This document shows, piece after piece, positions 10,559 through 21,008 of a DNA stretch of 64,000 bases; within the stretch, counting starts at the first letter, position 1, and each line of letters starts with the position of its first letter. The DNA is from Candidatus Latescibacterota bacterium (GTDB lineage Bacteria > Latescibacterota > UBA2968 > UBA8231). Both the position numbers and the translations under genes were made by a program. Under the pieces are notes generated by a model that was not told the origin of the DNA, ran no database searches, and worked only from the letters and a program-made list of their open reading frames with translations. The DNA is taken from the NCBI GenBank assembly GCA_965215195.1, contig CBDCDC010000002.1, positions 2,112,001 to 2,176,000 of the forward strand, read 5' to 3'.

Positions 10559-12106
10559 ATGACTGCCGCGCCCGACTACACTTCAAAGGTCCCCTACTAC
10601 ACCTTCCCCAACACCTTGGCCGAACAAGAGCAGGCGCTGGCCGCCAACCCGCTGATGCAGCGCCTGCTCGCAGCGCGTCGCTCGTACGCCGGCGACCCAC
10701 ACCGCCCCATTTACCACTACATCAACCCGGAAGCCAATCTCAACGACCCCAACGGACTGTGCTTCTGGCAGGGCCGCTACCATCTCTTCTACCAAGCCTA
10801 CCCACCGGAGGATACCCGCCAGCACTGGGGCCACGCCGTAAGCGACGACCTCGTCCACTGGCGCGACCTGCCGTACTGCATTTATCCGCACCCGGAGCGC
10901 TGCTGCTTTTCCGGGGCCGCGCTGGTTGAGGATGACCGGGTCATCGCCATGTACCACGGCACCGAGGTCGGCAACATGGTCGCCACTTCTTCGGACCCGC
11001 TGTTGCTGAACTGGAAAAAGGTCGCCAACAAGGCCGTAATCCCCATCCAGCCCGGCCAGCCCTACCGAGTCTTCGACCCCTGCATCTGGAAGCAGGGCGA
11101 CGCGTACTACGCCCTGTCGGCGGGCACCAAGGCCGAAGGCCCGGCCGGCAAGCCCGTGCGCGCCAACTTCCTCTTCAAGTCGAGCGATCTCGAACACTGG
11201 GAGTACCTCCACCCCTTCGTCGAAGACGACGGGTACACGCTCGTCGGCGACGACGGGGCCTGCCCCTATTTCTGGCCGATTGGCGACCGCCACATCCTCC
11301 TCTTCTTTAGCCATCGAAGCGGCGGCCAGTACCTGCTCGGGGACTACGACACCGCGCGCGACAAATTCGTGGTGACCTACGGGGCCAAATTCAACTTTGG
11401 CGCGGCCGTGCCCGCTGGCGTCCACGCCCCTTCGGCCACCCCCGATGGCCAAGGCGGAGTCTTGGTCATCTTCAACATGAACCCGGGCAAACCGACCAAG
11501 GGCTGGAACCAGATTATGACCTTGCCCCGTCGGCTGACCGCCGTTGGCGACGAGCTGGCCATGACGCCTGCTGGCAACCTTGCATCCCTGCGGCAGGACC
11601 ACCAGCGCGTCGGCAAAACCACCCTCCCGGCCAACGAAGAGCTCGTCCTCGATGCGGTGCGGGGCAACGCCGTGGAAATCGTCGCTGAAATCGATCCCCA
11701 AGACGCGCCCATGGTCGAACTCAACGTCCTACGCGCTCCCGGGCGGGAGGAGTTCACGCGCATTGCCTTTTTCAAAAACCGGGGCTTCAGCGACCGCGTC
11801 TTTGGCCGCGACCGCCACCAGAGCCTGATCTCGCTCGACACCTCGTATGCTTCTGTCGCGCCCGACGTGCTCTCCCGCGCCTCGGAGACCGCCCCGGTCG
11901 TCCTCGCCCCGGGCGAGACGCTCAAGCTGCGGGTTTTTGTGGATAAGAGCGTGGTCGAAGTTTTTGCCAACGACCAGCAATGCGTGGCCGCACGGGTCTA
12001 TCCCGACCGCGCCGACAGCGTCGGGGTCTCGCTGCGGGCACAGGGCCAGAGCGCCGAGTTGGTCTCGCTCGACGCCTATCAGATGCAGGACATTTACGCG
12101 GACTAG
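10559..12106 (+). CDS. Glycoside hydrolase family 32 (beta-fructofuranosidase-like)
   Basis: NDPNG, WGHAVSDDLVHW, FSG, RVFDP, and C-terminal LRVFVDKSVVEVFAN. Confidence 0.9.
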   Translation: MTAAPDYTSKVPYYTFPNTLAEQEQALAANPLMQRLLAARRSYAGDPHRPIYHYINPEANLNDPNGLCFWQGRYHLFYQAYPPEDTRQHWGHAVSDDLVHWRDLPYCIYPHPERCCFSGAALVEDDRVIAMYHGTEVGNMVATSSDPLLLNWKKVANKAVIPIQPGQPYRVFDPCIWKQGDAYYALSAGTKAEGPAGKPVRANFLFKSSDLEHWEYLHPFVEDDGYTLVGDDGACPYFWPIGDRHILLFFSHRSGGQYLLGDYDTARDKFVVTYGAKFNFGAAVPAGVHAPSATPDGQGGVLVIFNMNPGKPTKGWNQIMTLPRRLTAVGDELAMTPAGNLASLRQDHQRVGKTTLPANEELVLDAVRGNAVEIVAEIDPQDAPMVELNVLRAPGREEFTRIAFFKNRGFSDRVFGRDRHQSLISLDTSYASVAPDVLSRASETAPVVLAPGETLKLRVFVDKSVVEVFANDQQCVAARVYPDRADSVGVSLRAQGQSAELVSLDAYQMQDIYAD

Positions 12107-12120
12107 CAAAGGAGCATACC

Positions 12121-12855
12121 ATGAACGAAGAAGAAAAATTCGCCTTTGACTTGGAGGGGTATCTGGTCATCAAAAACGTCCTCAGCGCACAGGAGCTGGA
12201 CGATCTCAACGCGCTCGTAGATCAGCACCTCGCCGGCTGGGACAATCACCCCCGCAACGACCTGAACAAGGTCAGCAACTGGGGCCAAGCCAGCAAAAAC
12301 CTGATCGACCACCGCAAAATTTTGCCCTACTTAATCGAACTCATCGGCCCCAAGGTCCGCATCGATCACGACTACGCCATTATCATGAATCGCGGCGACA
12401 CCCGCGGCCGTCTCCACGGCGGCCCTAGCCAAGATACCGACCACTGGTTTAGCTACCGCGACGGCCAGATGCGCAATGGCCTGAGCGTGGTGACCTTTTT
12501 TCTCGCCGATGCCAATGCGGGCGACGGCGGCTTTGCCTGTGTGCCGGGCAGCCACAAGACCAATTACCCCGGCAACCTGCCCCAAGATGTCAGGTGCTTT
12601 GAGCGCAGCGCGCATTACGTCGTCCAACCCACGGCCAAGGCCGGGGATGCGCTGTTCTTTACCGAGGCCCTCATCCACGGCACCATGCCGTGGCGCGCCG
12701 AGCACCAGCGCCGCACGTTGCTCTACAAATACAGCCCCGGCTACTCAACGTGGGCCAAGGAGTTTTACAACCTCGAAGAATACGGCGAGCTGACCGAGCG
12801 CCAAAAGCGCATCATGGCTACCCCCTCAATGCACGAACACCCCGAAATCGTTTAG
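12121..12855 (+). CDS. Phytanoyl-CoA dioxygenase family protein
   Basis: FDLEGYLVIKNVL, LHGG, GGFACVPGSHK, KAGDALFFTEALIHGT; AAGGAG SD. Confidence 0.88.
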   Translation: MNEEEKFAFDLEGYLVIKNVLSAQELDDLNALVDQHLAGWDNHPRNDLNKVSNWGQASKNLIDHRKILPYLIELIGPKVRIDHDYAIIMNRGDTRGRLHGGPSQDTDHWFSYRDGQMRNGLSVVTFFLADANAGDGGFACVPGSHKTNYPGNLPQDVRCFERSAHYVVQPTAKAGDALFFTEALIHGTMPWRAEHQRRTLLYKYSPGYSTWAKEFYNLEEYGELTERQKRIMATPSMHEHPEIV

Positions 12856-12869
12856 CTAAGGAGCACACC

Positions 12870-13655
12870 ATGTCCAACCCATATTTGCTACGCGGAAAGA
12901 AAGCCTTTGTCACCGGCGGCAAGCGCCGCATTGGTCGCGGCATTGCCCTCGCTTTAGCCGAAGCTGGCTGCGACGTGGGGATCAACGACCTGCACGACGA
13001 CGAGGATGCCGGCCAAACCCTAAGCCTGATCCGCGCCATGGGCCGCGAGGCCGAATTCTTCGCTGGCGACATTTCCGCTAGCGACCAAGTTGAGGCGATG
13101 TTCGCGGCCTTTCTCGCACAGTTTGGCCGCATTGACATCTTGGTCAACAACCCCTACGGCGGCACGGGCGAGCCCTTCCTCGAACTCAGGGAGGAGAATT
13201 GGGACCAAAACCTCGACGTGGGCCTCAAGGGCTTTTTCCTGTGCTCGCAGCAGGCGGCGCGCGCCATGGTGGCGCAGGGCGACGGAGGAGCCATCGTCAG
13301 CACTTCCTCGGTGCATGGGCGGCGGGCGTGGAAAAACGACACGGCCTACGGGGCCGCCAAAGCCGGCGTCTTGCGCCTGACCGAAAGCATGGCCGTTGAC
13401 TTGGGCGAATACGGAATTCGCTGCAACGCCATCATGCCCGGATACATGGACACGGCTCACGCCTTCAACGAACCGCCTCCGGCGCTGGGCATTCTCGATG
13501 AACAGTACCACGACATAGTTCCCCTGCGTCGTCCGGGAACTCCCGAAGACATTGGCCGGGCCGTGGCCTTTCTCTGCTCGCCGGCCGCCGGCTGCATCAC
13601 CGGGGCGTCCCTGCCGGTCGATGGGGGGCTTTTGGCTGCCTCGGCCGCGGAGTAG
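12870..13655 (+). CDS. SDR family oxidoreductase
   Basis: TGGKRRIGRG, DILVNN, YGAAK catalytic motif, ITGASLPVDGG. Confidence 0.92.
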   Translation: MSNPYLLRGKKAFVTGGKRRIGRGIALALAEAGCDVGINDLHDDEDAGQTLSLIRAMGREAEFFAGDISASDQVEAMFAAFLAQFGRIDILVNNPYGGTGEPFLELREENWDQNLDVGLKGFFLCSQQAARAMVAQGDGGAIVSTSSVHGRRAWKNDTAYGAAKAGVLRLTESMAVDLGEYGIRCNAIMPGYMDTAHAFNEPPPALGILDEQYHDIVPLRRPGTPEDIGRAVAFLCSPAAGCITGASLPVDGGLLAASAAE

Positions 13656-13686
13656 CTGATTTTACGCACGGTACGACCCCCACCTC

Positions 13687-13712
13687 TAGACTCCCGCTTT
13701 CGCGGCAATGAC
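13687..13712. repeat. REP-like palindrome (GTCATT.CCGCGAAAGCGGGA.TC type)
   Basis: Reverse complement reads gtcattgccgcgaaagcgggagtcta; a related degenerate copy lies at about 30033-30069. Confidence 0.55.
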
Positions 13713-13766
13713 GCGCCCCAAGCATGCCCCAGCTTGACTGGGGTGAGTAAGCTCGTCAACCCGGAC

Positions 13767-15686
13767 ATGTCTAAATCGCCTTTCAGCATCAAGGGACTGC
13801 TAACCGGCATAGCCCTCGCCCTAGCAGTGGGCCTGCTCGCCCCGTATGGGGTCGTGTTCAATTACTACTGGGTCGGCTTCAATCCCTCTTCGCCGGGGGC
13901 CCTCTTTTTCTTTTTTGTCCTGACCTTTGCCGTCAATGGGTTCGTGGCCCTGATTGGCCGCCATTTTGCCCTGTCTAAAGCCGATCTCGTCCTGATCTAC
14001 TGCATGTTGCTGATGGCGGTCACCGTGCCGACTTGGGGCCTGATGTTCTTCCTCATTGGCACCATCGTCTATCCCTTTTACTACGCCACTCCCGAAAACA
14101 ACTACGCCGAGCTGTTCTACGACTTTATCCCCGCGTGGATCGCGCCGCAGGACTTTGAGGCCATCAAGAATTACTACGAGGGCCTGCCGCAGGGTGAGGC
14201 CGTCCCGTGGGGCGTCTGGGCGGAGCCGATGGCCTATTGGCTGGCCTTGATCGCGGCCATGAGCTTCATGCTGATCTGCCTGAGCACCCTCCTCCACCGC
14301 CAGTGGTCGGTACACGAGCGGCTGACCTATCCCATGGTTCAGCTACCGCAGAACATGATTGAGAAGGACGCCAACGCCTGCGTGGCTTCTTTTTTCAAGG
14401 ATCAGCGGATGTGGCTGGGGTTTGCCGTGCCCTTCCTCCTGCTCAGTCTCAACGCCCTCAATCACTACTTTCCACTCGTCCCCGAATACAACCCTCGCGG
14501 CCGTTTTTCCTTTTTTAACCATACCTTGCACCTGCCGATTGCGCTCAACTTGGCTTGGGTCGGCTTCTTCTACTTGGTCAATCTCGAGATCACGTTCAGC
14601 ATCTGGTTCTTCTACGTGTTCTCCAAGGTGGAGGAAGGGGTCTTCAAAACCCTCGGCATCGCCAGCACCGAGCGTCTGAGCGCGTATGAGTACTCCCAAC
14701 CGGCCGACTTGACCCATCAAGCCACCGGCGCAGTCATTGTCCTAGTGCTATTTGGACTGTGGACCGCCCGGCCCCACCTCAAAGAGGTCGGGCGCAAACT
14801 CTGGAACCCGCACGGCGGCGTTGATGACAGCGAGGAGTTGCTCAGCTATCGCACGGCAGTCTGCGGCTTTTTGGGCAGCCTGCTCTTTGTCGCCGTTTGG
14901 CTCTGGCGCTCGGGGGTGCCCATTGCGGTGCTCCCGATCTTGCTCGTCGTCAGCCTGCTCTTCTTCATCTTGGTCGCGCGCGTAGTAGCCACCGGCGGCG
15001 TGGCCACCGCCCGCAGCCCCATTGTCCCGGCCTACTTCATCATTTCGGGCTTGGGCACCTCGGTCCTCGGGGCCAAGGGCTTGGTCGCTCTCAACTTCAC
15101 CTTTATTTGGCAAGGCGAATCGCGCACCTCGCCCATGGTCGCCTGCGCCAACGGCCTCAAGCTCGCCGAGCTGATTCCCGGCCCCAAGACGCGGCTGTTT
15201 TGGGGCCTGATGCTGGCACTGGTGTGCAGCCTCTTGGGCGCGGCCTACATGACCTTGAACTTGGCCTACACCTATGGAGCGATTAATCTGTCGCTGATCA
15301 ATTGGGCTGGTGCCCACGGCTGGCCCTACATCGGCCCGACCATCCTCAACATGCCCGAGGCCAACATGCGCGGCTGGCTTTTCAAGGGAATCGGCGCGGC
15401 CGTGGAGGGCTTTTTGATGTGGGCGCAACACCGGTGGTTTTGGTGGCCCTTCCACCCGGTCGGCTTTGCCATTGCCGTGGGCTGGCTGACGAGTCAGATC
15501 TGGTTCTCGGCGCTGATCGCTTGGCTCTTGAAGCTGGTCATCGTCCGCTTTGGCGGTGTGCGCCTGTTCCAGAACGCCAAGCCGTTCTTTTTGGGGCTGA
15601 TTTTGGGCGAGGTTTTTGTCTCGGGGGTATGGGGCGCGATCTATGCGCTGACCGCGGAAAAAGGACGCTTGCTAACGAATATGTAA
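13767..15686 (+). CDS. Polytopic membrane protein (DUF6785/DUF6784-like, OPT-related putative transporter)
   Basis: About 640 aa, many TM segments, RQWSVHERLTYPMVQLP and WWPFHPVGF motifs, PFFLGLILGE near the C-terminus. Confidence 0.7.
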   Translation: MSKSPFSIKGLLTGIALALAVGLLAPYGVVFNYYWVGFNPSSPGALFFFFVLTFAVNGFVALIGRHFALSKADLVLIYCMLLMAVTVPTWGLMFFLIGTIVYPFYYATPENNYAELFYDFIPAWIAPQDFEAIKNYYEGLPQGEAVPWGVWAEPMAYWLALIAAMSFMLICLSTLLHRQWSVHERLTYPMVQLPQNMIEKDANACVASFFKDQRMWLGFAVPFLLLSLNALNHYFPLVPEYNPRGRFSFFNHTLHLPIALNLAWVGFFYLVNLEITFSIWFFYVFSKVEEGVFKTLGIASTERLSAYEYSQPADLTHQATGAVIVLVLFGLWTARPHLKEVGRKLWNPHGGVDDSEELLSYRTAVCGFLGSLLFVAVWLWRSGVPIAVLPILLVVSLLFFILVARVVATGGVATARSPIVPAYFIISGLGTSVLGAKGLVALNFTFIWQGESRTSPMVACANGLKLAELIPGPKTRLFWGLMLALVCSLLGAAYMTLNLAYTYGAINLSLINWAGAHGWPYIGPTILNMPEANMRGWLFKGIGAAVEGFLMWAQHRWFWWPFHPVGFAIAVGWLTSQIWFSALIAWLLKLVIVRFGGVRLFQNAKPFFLGLILGEVFVSGVWGAIYALTAEKGRLLTNM

Positions 15687-15776
15687 CACGGCCGCACCCA
15701 ATGGCGCAGTAGCGGCTTCACCTCTTCGGGCGATAGTAGGGGGCTTACTACACGACACCAGCCCTCAGCCTGCCAA

Positions 15777-15878
15777 GGATCGCGGGCATCTTGCCCTCGT
15801 CAAGGGCGGGACGCCCGCGATCCCGGACCCAGCGGAAACCGCAGAAAAGGCGTACTCAAAGTAAGGGTCGCCTACTTT
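15777..15878. repeat. REP-doublet/MITE-like repeat, same family as the spacers in the 33-60 kb array (inverted orientation)
   Basis: Palindrome ggatcgcgggcatcttgccct..agggcgggacgcccgcgatcc followed by cagaaaaggcgtactcaaagtaagggtcgcctactt, the reverse complement of aagtacgcgacccttactttgagtacg at 33876. Confidence 0.75.
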
Positions 15879-16114
15879 AGGGGTCGTGTACTAAGGTAGG
15901 GGGGTACGAAATGAGGCCGGGAGACTATGGGGCACCATCGCGCTCTGCCGTTGGTGCATGAGCCGCTGCGGGGGGTTTACTTTAGGTGGCGTGTACTAAG
16001 GTAGGGGGGTACGAAATGAGGCCGGGAGACTGCCTCGCCACGGGCATGGGGCACCATCGCGATCTGCCGTTGGTGCATGAGCCGCTGCGGGGGTTTACTT
16101 TGAAACGACCCTAG
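15879..16114. mobile_element. Putative MITE containing an approximately 100-bp tandem duplication
   Basis: Ends agggGTCGTGTAC...GAAACGACCCTAG form an imperfect inverted repeat; internal unit gtgtactaaggtagggggtacgaaatgaggccgggagact...gagccgctgcgggggtttacttt occurs at about 15887-15983 and 15992-16101. Confidence 0.55.
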
Positions 16115-16404
16115 AAGGCCAGAAGCGGCCGGGACATTTGTGGAACCATACCCACGGCCAAGCCCAACCCAAGCCGAACGTTAGCTGCTGATTTTGATAA
16201 TTTTCGGCAAAGTCGATGAACAAAAACTGATTCAGTTTATTCAACGAATAAAGAATCGTTTAACACAAACAAAGTGTTGTTCAAATGATGAGCAACAAGG
16301 GCTGAGCGGCGAAGCGTAGAAAACCTCCTCCTACAATTTTAAGTCTCATGTTTTTCAATCCTTTAGGGCATTCCTGAAGGATTTTTTTGTGCGTGGTCGG
16401 ATCG

Positions 16405-16422
16405 TTGGCACGAAATGTGCAT
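16405..16422 (+). promoter_or_regulatory. Sigma-54 (-24/-12) promoter
   Basis: TTGGCACGAAATGTGCAT has GG and GC at the correct spacing; the region 16330-16425 is homologous to the promoter region at 53688-53782. Confidence 0.65.
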
Positions 16423-16642
16423 ATAGCTACTTGACGTTGGAGCCGATGCGGACAAGGAGGCCGCACTCAATGGCGGCGTTCGTTGCTCCAAACCTTCGCG
16501 TCTTACACTGGATGTTAGGCAGGGCACCAAGTCTGTGTGTCAAGGAGACCTTGATTCGATGAAGAAAATCGGAGATTATAGAAAGCCACGGGACCGCGTC
16601 GTCCCGATCTATCACGCTATGCTACCTGAAGGAGGTAGAGCT

Positions 16643-17248
16643 ATGCACAGCATCTTAGGCTTTCTTGGTATGATGATTTTGCTTCTCGCAACAGAGATGC
16701 TGACTGCTCTGTGGCAGTCTGCGTCGGCGGAGACGATCACGGTAGCGCAAACGGGAACCGCCGATACTCAGTCCATAGATGAGGCCACCCTCATAGCGAG
16801 TGCCGGCGATACGATCCATGTTTCTGCTGGAACCTATTATGGGATTGGTCTCCTTATCGACAAGGGTCTTACCTTAATCGGTGCTGGCCCAGACAGTACG
16901 ATCTTTGTCTATGGATGGGAAACCAGTATAGGCATTGCAGCAGATGTGACCATGTGACCATTGAAGGATTTATTCGAGGTTCGATTTACCGGTGCTTTTG
17001 CTGCACTCGAGCTTGTAGGGAATGCCCAGCCGACCGTTCAGTATAATGAGTTCCTGACCCCAGTGGGCATTCGCTTGCGAGATAATCCCAATGCCATCGA
17101 CGCCCGCTTCAATGCTTGGGGCAGCGAAATACGATCCGAAATAGAGGATAAGATCGTGAGAGAAAACAGCAACGGGACCATTCGTTTAGACGGTTGGTTA
17201 AGACGAGACAATGCATACCAACGATTCCAGGCTGAGAAAGGAGAATAA
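16643..17248 (+). pseudogene. Disrupted secreted right-handed beta-helix (pectin-lyase-fold) protein
   Basis: GGAGGT SD, signal peptide, ETITV...SIDEA...ASAGDTIHVSAGTY, KGLTLIGAGPDST; an 8-bp duplication (atgtgacc x2 at about 16944-16959) breaks DVTIEGF; downstream IDARFNAWG fragment. Confidence 0.65.
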
Positions 17249-17401
17249 ATATGAAATTTCTATCTACATTGATCGCTTTAGGTGCTCTGCTGACAACAAA
17301 CACGACTTCTGTTCAGGCGACGAAATTTTCCACAGAATGTTAGACGAGAATATGATATTACAGGCAGGTGTAAAAGTGGAACTGATGTCATCAATACCAC
17401 G

Positions 17402-17710
17402 ATGCGCGAAACCATGGTTGATAACCTGACGAGAACGGACAGATGGGCCGCTTCGGGCAAAGATCATGACAACTTTCTCGGATGGTGTGCTCTGGACGAG
17501 CCTCTGTGGCAATGGCAACCAAATGCTACCTACGCGTACAGTACGGGTGATATCGAAAATAGATATAACAATATCATTGATCCGATTTACAAAAAAATAA
17601 AAAGACAAGATCCAGATCATCTTGTCTTTATGAATTTTGCCTTCGCCCACGCAACGGCTTTCGGCAATAATGGCATGCTGTATTCCAGTCCGTCCGTCCG
17701 CTATGTATGA
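17402..17710 (+). pseudogene. Fragment of a TIM-barrel glycoside-hydrolase-like gene
   Basis: NFLGW...DEP...IYKKIKRQDPDHLVFMN; AT-richer than the surroundings; no complete gene. Confidence 0.45.
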
Positions 17711-17719
17711 TGCCATCTC

Positions 17720-17980
17720 GCCTTTGACGCCGGGTAGCATCGACTTAGACTGGGACGCCCCGGACAGGGGCGATACGCCCACCGGCTACCGCGTTGAGTA
17801 CCGCTTCGCAAGCGGTAGCTGGCTGTTGGGGGCGACGCCGGCCCTGACGAATGCGTCTCTTGTACTTGATCGTGCCGACGCCCTCTACCAGTTCCGTGTG
17901 TGCGCCGAAAACAGCGCCGGAACCAGCGGCTGGGTTGAGGCGACCGGCACGACCAGCGAGCCGATCCCCGAGACGCAGTC
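17720..17980 (+). pseudogene. Fibronectin type III domain fragment
   Basis: SIDLDWDAPDRGDTPTGYRVEYR...YQFRVCAENSAGTSGW. Confidence 0.65.
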
Positions 17981-18684
17981 GGCGTATCGGCTGCACACGT
18001 CGGGCACGACCACTCCGACGTTCACCGCCACCGCGAGTGGGGTCCCCACCGGGTGCCGTCGGCCGCCCCAGCTCCTCATGTTCACGGCCTGCTGGAGCGA
18101 CAGGATGCCTCCACTCCTTCAGTTGGAGGCTCCCGACCGAGGGGTTTCACCATACTTTGAGACCGCTAGCGGTATCGCGACAGCTTCCAACGGCTCGGCC
18201 CCCTTTGCGCTGCGTATGTTCGTCAATGAGCCTTAGTACCGCTCTGCGCGCCCGGTCTCTCGACGAACCGACTCGAAATACGGCTTGATGAATCGCAGAA
18301 CCGGCGGCACGGAGGTCTCAGAAACCTTCGTGCCGTCGATATAAAACACAAGCACACAGCAGGCTCGGTTTCGGCCTAACCGAAACGAATACGCTACGCG
18401 GGCTTGCCTCCCGTGTCGATTCGATAGCTCATCATCCGAGATCCCCACCACCCCTTTGCTCCCCAAGCGTTGCTGTTGACCCATACGTAAATGGATAAAG
18501 TCGAGCTTCGTTGGTTGACCCTCCCAACGCGCATTGATACGTTTTGGCGGCCCCCGCAAACCGACTTTCCGCGGCTGAGGCGTTACACCGCCCAAGTCGA
18601 GGACTTTGCAACCAACGCGAGGCTAAATGAGACGGTTTGATCGCGCTCAATCGCCTCTCACTCGAAATCAATGCGAGGTCTAAT

Positions 18685-19257
18685 ATGAAACGCAGCATTT
18701 GCACCTTGCTCAGCGCGTGGCTGCTCAGCGGCTGCGGCGATAGCCCTTCCGACCAAGCAACCAGCCAGCGCACGGACGCCGCGGAATCGGCGCTTATACA
18801 GGTCCCGCGAAACCGCACTCTAATCATGGATTGCGCCGAAAGCGGCACCTGCGCCGGGCAGATCCAAGACTACAATTCGTTCAACCCCTATCTGCCGGAA
18901 ACCACCTCGCGCACCGGATACAATTTCGCTTTTGAGCCCCTGTACTTTTACAATGCCTTCGAGGGCAAGCTGATTCCCTGGATCGCCACCGATCACCGCT
19001 TCAACGACGCCTATACCCAAGTGGAAATCACCCTTCGGACGGGCAGCCGTGGACAGCGCACGACGTGGTCTTTACGATCAATATGCTCAAGGACAACGCG
19101 CCTTTGTTGTCCTATTCAACCGACATGAAAAACTGGGTCCGAGAGGCCGTGGCGGTCGATAGCCTGACGGCGCGCATCGCCCTGACGGCCCCCAATCCGC
19201 GCTTTGTCTTTTCGTATTTCACCCACAACTTCGGCAATGGGGTGCCGATTGTGCCCG
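18685..19257 (+). pseudogene. Truncated, frameshifted ABC peptide-binding lipoprotein (SBP family 5)
   Basis: Lipobox LLSGC, FEPLYFYN...LIPWIAT; frame switch near 19035 to DVVFTINML...VDSLT.RIAL.APNPRF; stops abruptly at the convergent gene. Confidence 0.7.
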
Positions 19258-19326
19258 GCCAAAGCGCATTGCCTGCGCTGCCAACTGCCACACCCATTTG
19301 CCCAGAGCAAGCCCTGAACATAAGCA

Positions 19327-20698
19327 TCAGACGATCTCCACTCCCCAGAAGCCCAACATCGGCAAAAAGCGTTCCATATCGGCCGGCACGGTCGCCGGAT
19401 CTTTGCCGTAGCCGCCGTGGACTCTAGCCGCCCCCTGCAAGGGCCGCTTCAAGACCAGCTCGACGCGATGGTCCTGAGGATAGCTCACCGCCGCGATTGG
19501 CACCCTCGCCGGCCGCATCCTCAACCCGGAAGCTGTTGGCCTCTGCGTCAATGCTGTCCATGCGGCTCTCGACAGCTACAAACTCCAGCTCGACGCGGTC
19601 TCCCCGCCGCCGAGCCGCCACCAAATCCGGTGCCTTCCAAGCCACCGTCTGGCCGTAGACCAACCCCAAAGCGGCCTGCGCCAACCGCTCGCCCAAGAGC
19701 ATATTGCCAGCGGGACTGGTGTGGATCAGATCCGAAAGCGGCAAGTCGAGCGCCGGTACCACGCCTACCCCCGGCGTTTGCCGCGCCACCTGCCGCTGCG
19801 CCTCGCGCACCTGACTCCAGCGGCGATCAACATCTGGGTCTGCGGGTTGGTACACGCGGTTTAGCTGCACGGTGAGCACCGGCAACTCCGCGTCTGCAAG
19901 GGCCGCCCGCCAAGCGGCGACCGCTCGCTGGAACCGCTCCGCATAACTGGTCGCGTCCGCGTCGGTTCCGGTATCGCTTTCCCCCTGATACCACACAATC
20001 CCCCGGACCTTTCCCCCTACCTTCTCCACGCACTGCACCATATTGTCAAACAAATCCGCCGCCCCAGTCCACCGCGTGAGCGGAGAGCCTCCCAACGACG
20101 TCTGCACCAAACCCACTGGGTGCGAGAGCGTCCTTTTAAGCGTGCGCCCAAATTGCAGATAGGGCGAGTGCCCTGGATTGGCGGCCTCTCGGTTCACTGT
20201 GTGTTGGGTATCCGTCGATTCGTTCAGCGGATGCGCCGCCAGCGCCCAGCGCTCGCTATTTCTAAACAGATGCACCCCCAGCTCCGCTGGATCCTCGTAC
20301 GGCCCGCGTCCGTATCCAGCCGAATTGCTCTGCCCGGCAATCACCCACAAATCGCCTACCCCCAAGAAGTGCCGCATGTCTCCCCGCGGCGACCACTCCC
20401 CGGCCGGATTCTCCGCCAGCCGCAACCGCGTCTCCAGCCGATAAAGCCCTCCCGCCGGTATGTGTTCCAAAGCACCCTTCCAAGTACCATCTTCTTCTGT
20501 CGGCACAGCCTGCCAGTCCAAACCGGCCGCAACAGCCACCCCCGTATCCTCCCACACCAAGCGCACCTCCACTTGTCCGGGAGTCTCGAATTTCCACTTC
20601 CCCTCCAGTTCAATCCGCCCCTTCCCGCGCTCGTCCTGCTGCGCGATCTGCCAATCCGCCGGCCCCTGCTCGATAATTACACCAATCTGCTCTTCCAT
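19327..20698 (-). CDS. Sialate O-acetylesterase (SASA/DUF303) family, with an apparent 1-nt frameshift near 19505
   Basis: VGDLWVIAGQSN, WYQGESD, DLIH motifs; the natural C-terminus (VPIAAVSYPQDHRVELVL...LPMLGFWGVEIV) lies in the adjacent frame ending at 19327. Confidence 0.8.
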
Positions 20699-21008
20699 TT
20701 TATTCCTCGTTTCGACGGGGAAGCGGATTGCAACTAAATCAAATCATCTACTGCGAGATTGAGCGTCGTCGCGATGCGCTTCATTGCTTTGATCGATCCG
20801 GATCGGACAAATAAGAGGCCGCGATGATGCTATGCAAGCGGCCCCTTGCACACAGTAGCGGCAAAGACTACAAATTATCGCACCAGCCAGCGCCGCCCGG
20901 CCACCACAAGCGGCTTGCCCACGGCTTGACTATTGGACAGATTTTAGCCGGTTATTTCGGTCTTCGGGATATTCGCACTGATCAACCACACCTTCCATCT
21001 TTCTTTCA

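Noticed and set aside
16955-16957. Second selenocysteine UGA
   Set aside because: The TGA is created by an 8-bp duplication (atgtgacc); there is no Cys context and no SECIS-like hairpin
18233-18595. 120-aa minus-strand ORF
   Set aside because: No SD or recognisable motif; it lies within a degraded region
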